DNA from: an uncultured bacterium
GTDB lineage: Bacteria > Lernaellota > Lernaellaia > Lernaellales > Lernaellaceae
Reading direction: 5' to 3'
NCBI GenBank assembly: GCA_964534375.1
Contig: CAZHPN010000111.1
Coordinates: 1-20,243 of the forward strand
Length of the DNA stretch: 20,243 nucleotides
Part shown: positions 8,009 through 14,186 of the stretch, piece after piece
Numbering within the stretch: the stretch's first letter is position 1
Layout of the letters: each line of letters opens with the position of its first letter
Position numbers and translations under genes: made by a program
The notes under the pieces: model-generated
What the model was told of the DNA's origin: nothing
The model's database searches: none
What the model saw: only the letters and a program-made list of their open reading frames with translations

Positions 8009-10146
8009 GCAGACTGTTTGCGCGCGCGCCCGTCGCGCGCTTTCGAAGCCGACGAGGACGTCGGCGCTCCCAGGGCAGACTGCTTGCGCACGCGCGCGTC
8101 GAGCGCCAACGCGCCGTCGGCGTCGACCGCAATTGGGTTCAGGTCGATTTCGCCGACACCGGGAGCGCATGCCAATTGGCTCAGCCGAACGAGCAAATCA
8201 GCCACCGCGGAGCGGTCGATCGCCGGTCGGCCGCGGAAGGCGCCGAACAGCTTCTGGCCGGGCAGTTCCGCGAGCATCTGCCGCGCCTCGGCGAGTGCGA
8301 TCGGCGCGAGCCGCAGGCTGACTTTTTCCATCGCCTCCGCGATCGCGCCGCCCCAGCCGAGCATCACCACGGGGCCGAAACTCGGGTCGCGTTTGACGCC
8401 CGCGATGAGTTCGATCGGCCGCGCCGCCATCGGCATCAGCAGCGCGCCGGCGAACCGCGCGCGCGGGGCGCGGGCCGCGAGGTTTTTCTTCATTTTGAGG
8501 AACGCGGCGCGGGCCTCGCGGGCCGTCGCAATGCCGAGCATCACGCCGCCGACGTCCGCCTTGTGCACCACGTCGGGGCTTTCGACTTTCATCGCCAGCG
8601 GGCCGCCGAGCTTTTCGAAAAATCGCTCCGCTTCCGCCGCCGTGTGCGCCGTCGCGACGGGCGGGTGCGCGATGCCATAGCCATCCAACAGCGCGAATGC
8701 CTGCTCTTGCGGCAAGTAGGCCCCAGGTGCGAGAACGTCGAGCAGCGCGGCGGCCGGCGGACAATTTTCCACGGCCGGCGAACGGCGCGGCGTTTGGCGA
8801 CGGGCCCGCGCCCAGTCGCGGCCGGCGGCCAGCGCGGCGACCGCCTCTTCGGCGGCTTCGAAAAAGGGGAAATCGCTGAGCGTCCGCACCTTTGTGACCA
8901 ACTCCGGCGCCGTTTGCAGCACGAACACCAGCGGTTTGTCGAACTGCTGGCACAACGCTTTGGCGCGGTGCAGCAGCCGCTCCGGATTGGGGATGAGCCC
9001 GACCTGCGGCAACTGAATCAGGCAAACGACAGCATCGGCCTCGGGCGCCGCCATCGCGCCGTCCATGACCGCGAACAGCGACTCGATGTCGAAGAGGACG
9101 CCGAGATCGAGCGGATTGCCATAGCGGATGATGTTGGCGTGATCGACCGTCGTGACGAATTTGCGCACGCTCGCCGGCAGTTCCGGCAGCGTCATGCCCG
9201 CGTGGCCGCAGGCGTCGGCGGCGATGATCGCCTGGCCGCCCGAGCGGCTGATGACGACGACGCGGTCGCCCTTCATCGTCGGCAGCAGCAGCGCCTTGAT
9301 CGTGGCGACGGCGTCCGACAGGCTCGCGGCCCGCATCGCCCCGGCCTGCTTGATCGCGGCGTCGACCACCGCGTCGTTGTTGACCAGCGCCGCAGTGTGG
9401 CTGCTGGCGATTTCGCGGCTGGCCTCGCTGGTGTTGGCCTTGTGCACGACGACCGGCTTCGGGCAGGCGCGCAACGCTTCGTACAGCTCGCGCCCGCGGC
9501 CCGCCGATTCGAGATAGGCGAGCGCCACGCCCGTGCCGTCGTCGCCGCTGAAGAAGCGGATCATGTCGACTTCGTCAACGTCGGTTTTGTTGCCGATCGA
9601 CGCAAATTTCGCGAGGCCGACGCAATTCTCGCGGAACAAATGGGCGTACAGCAGGCCGACGCCGCCCGATTGCGTGATGAGGCTCACCGGCCCCTTCGGC
9701 GGCTGCGGCATCATCGGAAACGGCACGGCCAGACCGTTGCCGGTGTTGACGACGCCGATGCAATTCGGCCCGATGAACCGGATGCCGTATTTCGCGGCGA
9801 CGGCCTGAACTTCCGCCTGCAATGCGGCGCCGGCCGCGTCGAGTTCCGCGAAGCCGCCCGACTCGATGATGACCCGTTTCACGCCCGCGCGGCCGCATTG
9901 GTCCATTACGGCCGCGACCGTCGCCGCCGGCGTGAGAATCACGGCCAGATCGACGTCGCGGCAATGGTCGGGCAGGCTTTCGTAGATGCCGTGGCCGGCG
10001 AGTGCGCCGCCGCCGCGGCCGATCAGCGTGATCCGCCCCTGATAACCGTATTGCAGCAGGTTGGTGAGGATGCGCGCCCCGAGGTTGCCGGGCCGGGTCG
10101 ACGCGCCGAAAATCGCAATGTGCCGCGCCTCAAAAAAACCGCGCAT
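8005..10146 (-). CDS. ADP-forming acyl-CoA synthetase (acetate--CoA ligase family, fused alpha/beta)
   Basis: CoA-binding N-terminus, IGPNCIG, QSGG, GNKTD, phospho-His motif SSHTAAL, NPLDL, ATP-grasp HKADVGGV, FGPVVMLG and DLNP; no GNAT domain. Confidence 0.92.
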   Translation of the reverse strand: MRGFFEARHIAIFGASTRPGNLGARILTNLLQYGYQGRITLIGRGGGALAGHGIYESLPDHCRDVDLAVILTPAATVAAVMDQCGRAGVKRVIIESGGFAELDAAGAALQAEVQAVAAKYGIRFIGPNCIGVVNTGNGLAVPFPMMPQPPKGPVSLITQSGGVGLLYAHLFRENCVGLAKFASIGNKTDVDEVDMIRFFSGDDGTGVALAYLESAGRGRELYEALRACPKPVVVHKANTSEASREIASSHTAALVNNDAVVDAAIKQAGAMRAASLSDAVATIKALLLPTMKGDRVVVISRSGGQAIIAADACGHAGMTLPELPASVRKFVTTVDHANIIRYGNPLDLGVLFDIESLFAVMDGAMAAPEADAVVCLIQLPQVGLIPNPERLLHRAKALCQQFDKPLVFVLQTAPELVTKVRTLSDFPFFEAAEEAVAALAAGRDWARARRQTPRRSPAVENCPPAAALLDVLAPGAYLPQEQAFALLDGYGIAHPPVATAHTAAEAERFFEKLGGPLAMKVESPDVVHKADVGGVMLGIATAREARAAFLKMKKNLAARAPRARFAGALLMPMAARPIELIAGVKRDPSFGPVVMLGWGGAIAEAMEKVSLRLAPIALAEARQMLAELPGQKLFGAFRGRPAIDRSAVADLLVRLSQLACAPGVGEIDLNPIAVDADGALALDARVRKQSALGAPTSSSASKARDGRARKQSA
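8009..8106 (-). repeat. 32-bp direct repeat pair flanking a REP-like hairpin within the CDS 3' end
   Basis: 8009-8040 and 8075-8106 match at 28 of 32 positions (period 66 nt); between them is GCCGACG-AGGA-CGTCGGC-GCTCCCAG. Confidence 0.85.
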
Positions 10147-10173
10147 GCGGCTCTCCCCGTTCGATTTTCGTCC

Positions 10174-10202
10174 ACGCTAGCGGGCGCCGCGGCGAGCGTC
10201 AA
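10174..10202 (-). promoter_or_regulatory. Putative sigma70 promoter for the acyl-CoA synthetase/permease operon
   Basis: Minus strand TTGACG, 17 nt spacer, TAGCGT; GGGGAG RBS before ATG 10146. Confidence 0.55.
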
Positions 10203-10238
10203 GGCAACGCCGCGCACGCATTTCCGGCATGGAGACGT

Positions 10239-10657
10239 TTTTCTTGACAGATGCTCGGCCGTCGAAACGGTCGGCATAAATGGGGCACAACCCCATGGAA
10301 CCAAAAAAGGAGGTCGGTCCGAGGAAGATTGCAACGCAACAACCGCCGGCCGCCGGTGCGCTCGCTGTCTGGCACGACCGGTCACGCGTGGCTGGCGCAG
10401 GTGGAACTGCCGGCGCCGTTCCGGAGCACGTTGAACGGGCGGCTGGCGGTCGAGGCCGAGGCGGCTCGGCAAATCGAGGGCTGCGAGAAAGAGGCGAAGA
10501 TGAGGTTGGGACGCAAACTGGCCGCGAGGGTCCGGGCGATGGCCATCCGCCGGGAGGATTTTGTGGTGAATCGTTTGGTCTGGCGCGCCGCCGCAGCGGC
10601 GTGACCGCACCCGGAGAACGACGCCCGCGGCGGGGCGCCTTTGATCCGTCAAAATAA
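10239..10657 (+). mobile_element. Probable internally deleted IS110-family remnant (non-autonomous)
   Basis: The frame ending at 10604 reads VRGRLQRNNRRPPVRSLSGTTGHAWLAQVELPAPFRSTLNGRLAVEAEAARQIEGCEKE then AKMRLGRKLAARVRAMAIRREDF, resembling the IS110 coiled-coil region fused to its ARKLA C-terminal motif. There is a strong AAGGAGGT RBS without a start codon and imperfect inverted repeats at 10239-10252 and 10644-10657. Similarity judged by eye. Confidence 0.55.
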
Positions 10658-10680
10658 TTCAATAATACTTCACGCGGCGT

Positions 10681-10710
10681 GTGACGCCGCCTCGCGCATT
10701 TTGCTATAAT
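10681..10710 (+). promoter_or_regulatory. Extended -10 sigma70 promoter for the esterase gene
   Basis: TGCTATAAT at 10702-10710 (TGn-TATAAT); GTGACG at 10681-10686 with an 18 nt spacer. Confidence 0.6.
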
Positions 10711-10779
10711 CGCCGGCACACGTGACGAAATCGGCCCGGGGCGTTCGGCCCGGGCGCAGTTCGCGAAAGGACTCTTTCC

Positions 10780-11691
10780 ATGAACGCGCCTCTTTTCCGC
10801 CGCCGGTTCCTGGCCCGTTTCTTCCTTTTTCCTTTTTCCTTTTTCCTGCTTTTCGCTTGCGTGCCGGCCAAATGGGTCGCGCCGCTGACCCGCGGGGAAA
10901 TCGAGAGCGCGAATTATCGCGCCCGCTGTCCGGCGCTGACCAAAGACATTCCCTACGTGGAAAACGGCGACGAGTTTCAGCGCCTGGACGTCTACGGCCT
11001 GCCGCGAAATTCGCTCGCGCCGGTCGTCGTCTTCATTCACGGCGGCTATTTCCAGACCGGCAGCCGCACCGAGTACGCGTTGCTGGCCGCAACGCTCGCC
11101 CCGCTCGGCATCGTCACCGTGCTGATCGACTACCGGATGTATCCCCAGGTCCGCTATCCGGCGTTTTGCGAAGACGCCGTCGCGGCGCTGAACTGGGTGG
11201 GCGCCCACATCGCCGATTACGGCGGCGACCCGACGCGCCTCTTCGTCGCCGGCCATTCCGCCGGCGGCACGATCGCCGCCGACCTGGTCGTCAACGAGCG
11301 CTTCCGGCGGCAGTTGCACTTCGATATTCGCCATCTGCGCGGGGCGATTTTGATGAGCGGGGCCTACGATTTCGGTCCCGGAAATTTGCTCGACGTAAAG
11401 ATTTTGCACGAGATCATGGGCGACGAGGCGAATTACCAGGATTCGCAGCCGATTCATCACGTGCGCGTCGATGCGCCGCCGCTGCTGATCGTCAACGGCG
11501 ATCGCGACACGCTGACCAGCGAGGTCCAGGCGGCGCGGTTTGCGCAAGCGATGCGCGCCGCCGGCGCCGACGTGCGCTACGCGAAGCTGGTCGGCGGCGA
11601 CCACTACTCGGTCGTCATCGACATGACGCCGTCGGTCAAAGGCCCGGTCTACACACTTTTCAGAGATTTCGTGCTGGCCACGCCGCAATGA
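10780..11691 (+). CDS. Alpha/beta hydrolase (HSL-like carboxylesterase), probable lipoprotein
   Basis: LDVY, FIHGG, DYR, GHSAGG nucleophile elbow, GDRD, GGDH; LFAC lipobox. Confidence 0.92.
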   Translation: MNAPLFRRRFLARFFLFPFSFFLLFACVPAKWVAPLTRGEIESANYRARCPALTKDIPYVENGDEFQRLDVYGLPRNSLAPVVVFIHGGYFQTGSRTEYALLAATLAPLGIVTVLIDYRMYPQVRYPAFCEDAVAALNWVGAHIADYGGDPTRLFVAGHSAGGTIAADLVVNERFRRQLHFDIRHLRGAILMSGAYDFGPGNLLDVKILHEIMGDEANYQDSQPIHHVRVDAPPLLIVNGDRDTLTSEVQAARFAQAMRAAGADVRYAKLVGGDHYSVVIDMTPSVKGPVYTLFRDFVLATPQ

Positions 11692-11717
11692 ATCGCGCGC
11701 GAACGCCGCGAAGGCGC

Positions 11718-12194
11718 CTAATACGATTCCGGCTTCATCATCCAGACGCCGTCGACCTTTTTCCACATTTCGGTTTCGTGGATGCGGTGGCGCCAAACGA
11801 GATACACCGTGCCCCAGATCGTCACTTCGACGCGCGCGATCACTCCGTTCTGCTCGACGAGGATCTTGCCGACCTCGTATTTTTGCACGTACTCGCGTTG
11901 GAATTTCGACTGGCGGAACAGGCTGGCGTAGATGGCGGTGAAGTCGCTGCGGTCTTTGTCGTTCTCGAAGAACTCGGAAATGCGGCTCTTGGTCAGATAC
12001 GTCGTCAGCTTCGCGCTTTCGAAGCGGTTCCAGAGCGCCTCGGTTCGGCCGCGCAGCACCGTAATGTCGTTGCCGACCTCCGACGCCGGCAGACTCGGGC
12101 GATTCAGTTCGTCGAGGCGAAGATTGGTCGACGTCAGCGAACAGGCCGGCAGCAAAGCGGCGAGCGCAAGCAGAAACAGCAGCCCGTATTTCAT
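11718..12194 (-). CDS. Hypothetical lipoprotein (158 aa), last gene of the ileS-lspA-lgt operon
   Basis: MKYGLLFLLALAALLPAC lipobox; ATGA overlap with the lgt stop; C-terminal WKKVDGVW suggests an NTF2-like fold (inference). Confidence 0.8.
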   Translation of the reverse strand: MKYGLLFLLALAALLPACSLTSTNLRLDELNRPSLPASEVGNDITVLRGRTEALWNRFESAKLTTYLTKSRISEFFENDKDRSDFTAIYASLFRQSKFQREYVQKYEVGKILVEQNGVIARVEVTIWGTVYLVWRHRIHETEMWKKVDGVWMMKPESY

Positions 12195-13177
12195 TTCCGC
12201 TTCGCCTTTCTCTTCACGACCGCGGCCCGCGGCGCCGGCGGCGCCGGCGCCGCCACGGCCACGCCGAGCAACCGGTCGCGCCGGCTCTTCCACACCCACA
12301 GCGCCACGGCCGCCGCGGAAAAGATGACGCCCGTCATCTGGCTTTCCGAGAGGCTGACGCCGTACACGCCGTGGGCCATTTCCTTGAACGTGTTGGCCCA
12401 CAGCAACAAGCCGAACAGCCCGCCGGCCGTCTTTGCCGTCAGACCCGGCGTGGCGTGGAAGGTGAACAACGCGGCAAAACCGCGCGGATCGTCCCGCCAG
12501 AATTCCAGGACAAAGCGCAACGCCGAATAGAGAATGACGAACGCCGCCAGCACCTCGCCGCGAAACGTCCGCCGCCGGCGCAGATACAACCACAAAAACA
12601 GGAAGATCGCCAGACAGCCCAGCGCCTCGGCCGGCTGCGTCGGATAGAGCGGCGTGCCGGCGACGCCGATCGTCCCCGGCGGAAAGGTGATCGCCGCGAA
12701 GAAGTCGGGCGGACACGGCTTGCCGTAGCAGCAGCCGACGAGCGTGCAGCCGGTGCGGCCGAACATCAGGCCCAGGGCGATCGACGGCGAAATGATGTCG
12801 GCCATCTGCCAGAAATCGAATTTCGTCAGCCGGCAATAAATGATGCTGGCGGTCACCGCCGCGACGAAGCCGCCGTAATAGACGAGGCCGCCCTCCCAGA
12901 TCTTGAACGCCGACAGCAGCCGCGGCGGCGACAACTCGTGCCAGAAGACGACGACGTGCCACACGCGCGAACCGATGACCGAGGTGAGAATGATCCAAAA
13001 ACTGAGATCGGAAACGCGGTCGGGATCCTCGCCGAGCCGCGCCGCCTCGCGCCGCGCGAAAAACAGGCCGACGATGAACGCGGTCGCCAGCATAAAGCCG
13101 TAGGAATGCAGGGCGAACGGGCCGAGTTCGTGGTTGAAGATTCGCCACGGACCAAATTGCATCAGGATCGGATACAT
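12191..13177 (-). CDS. lgt: Prolipoprotein diacylglyceryl transferase
   Basis: MYPIL, SYG, KIWEGGLVYYGG, GRTGCTLVGCCYG, PTQ, YSALRFVLEFWRDD; follows lspA. Confidence 0.93.
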   Translation of the reverse strand: MYPILMQFGPWRIFNHELGPFALHSYGFMLATAFIVGLFFARREAARLGEDPDRVSDLSFWIILTSVIGSRVWHVVVFWHELSPPRLLSAFKIWEGGLVYYGGFVAAVTASIIYCRLTKFDFWQMADIISPSIALGLMFGRTGCTLVGCCYGKPCPPDFFAAITFPPGTIGVAGTPLYPTQPAEALGCLAIFLFLWLYLRRRRTFRGEVLAAFVILYSALRFVLEFWRDDPRGFAALFTFHATPGLTAKTAGGLFGLLLWANTFKEMAHGVYGVSLSESQMTGVIFSAAAVALWVWKSRRDRLLGVAVAAPAPPAPRAAVVKRKAKRK

Positions 13178-13180
13178 GGA

Positions 13181-13681
13181 TCAGCCGCCTTGCGGGCGCC
13201 GCGCCGGCCGGTCCGCGCGAAGCATGTCGAGGGCAAACAGCGCCACGCCCGCGACGATGGCCATGTCCGCCACGTTGAACGTCGGCCACGCATAATCGCG
13301 GACATAAAACCGGAGAAAATCGACGACCGCCCCGCCGTGCCGCAGGCGATCGAGCAGGTTGCCGAGCGCGCCGCCCAGAATCATCGACAACGCCCCGGCG
13401 ATCAGCAGTTGGCCGCGTTCGAGGCGCACGAAAAAATAGACGAGCAGGCTGATCGCCGCCACGTTCGCGGCGAGAAAGAAGGCCAGCGGGTTGCCGACGA
13501 ACAGGCTGAACGCCGCGCCGGAATTGCGCGCGTGGCAGATTTCGAAGAACCCGGGGATCACCGCGATGCCGGCGTCCACCGGCAGGCGGGCGATGATCGC
13601 CGCCTTGACCAGTTGATCGGCGACGAGACTCGCGACCGCGCCGATCGCCAACACGCCGTATTTATCGCGCAGAAAACTCAT
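13181..13681 (-). CDS. lspA: Lipoprotein signal peptidase II, copy 2
   Basis: DQLVK, NSGAAFS, GGALGNLLDR, VVDF, WPTFNVAD; both catalytic Asp present. Confidence 0.95.
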   Translation of the reverse strand: MSFLRDKYGVLAIGAVASLVADQLVKAAIIARLPVDAGIAVIPGFFEICHARNSGAAFSLFVGNPLAFFLAANVAAISLLVYFFVRLERGQLLIAGALSMILGGALGNLLDRLRHGGAVVDFLRFYVRDYAWPTFNVADMAIVAGVALFALDMLRADRPARRPQGG

Positions 13682-13688
13682 TTGTGCC

Positions 13689-14186
13689 TCAACCGTCTTG
13701 CGGACGCCGCGCCTGCGCGTCCTCCCGCATCATGTCCACCGCGAACATCGCCACCCCGATGACGATCGTGATGTCGGCCACGTTGAACGTCGGCCACGAA
13801 TAATCGCGGACGTAAAAACGCAGGAAGTCGACGACGAAGCCGTGCCGCACGCGATCCACCATGTTCCCCAACGCGCCGCCGAGAATCATCGACAGCGACG
13901 TCGCAAGCAGCAGGTGATGCCGCTCGAGGCGAACGAAATAATAGACGATGAACCCGACCGCGAGCGCGCTGACCGTCATGAAAAACGGCAGCGGATTGCC
14001 GCGAAACAAACCGAAGGCCGCGCCCCGGTTTTGCGCGTGGTAAATCTCGAAAAACCCCGGAATCACCGCGATGCCGGCGTCCGCCGGAAAACGCGCGATG
14101 ACCGCGGCTTTCGTGATCTGGTCGAGCACCAGGCTCGCCACCGTGCCGATCGCCATCACGCCGTATTTGTCCTTGAGACGATTCAT
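13689..14186 (-). CDS. lspA: Lipoprotein signal peptidase II, copy 1
   Basis: Start MNRLKDKYGV at 14186 (ATGA overlap with the ileS stop); DQITK, NRGAAFG, GGALGNMVDR, VVDF, WPTFNVAD. Confidence 0.95.
   Translation of the reverse strand: MNRLKDKYGVMAIGTVASLVLDQITKAAVIARFPADAGIAVIPGFFEIYHAQNRGAAFGLFRGNPLPFFMTVSALAVGFIVYYFVRLERHHLLLATSLSMILGGALGNMVDRVRHGFVVDFLRFYVRDYSWPTFNVADITIVIGVAMFAVDMMREDAQARRPQDG

Noticed and set aside
8005..10146. Protein lysine acetyltransferase (Pat/YfiQ) assignment
   Set aside because: No GNAT domain, and the catalytic His motifs are retained.
8176..10434. 752-aa plus-strand ORF (similarly 1587..3008, 5565..7172, 12371..13762, 10177..11796)
   Set aside because: These lie opposite well-supported genes and have Arg/Gly/Ala-rich shadow composition.
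10251..10604. Functional 117-aa protein
   Set aside because: The strong RBS lies inside the ORF with no start after it, and the peptide looks like fused transposase fragments; treated as a remnant.
11718..13289. 523-aa minus-strand ORF as annotated in the track
   Set aside because: Only the last 158 codons (from ATG 12194) look real; the rest overlaps lgt out of frame.
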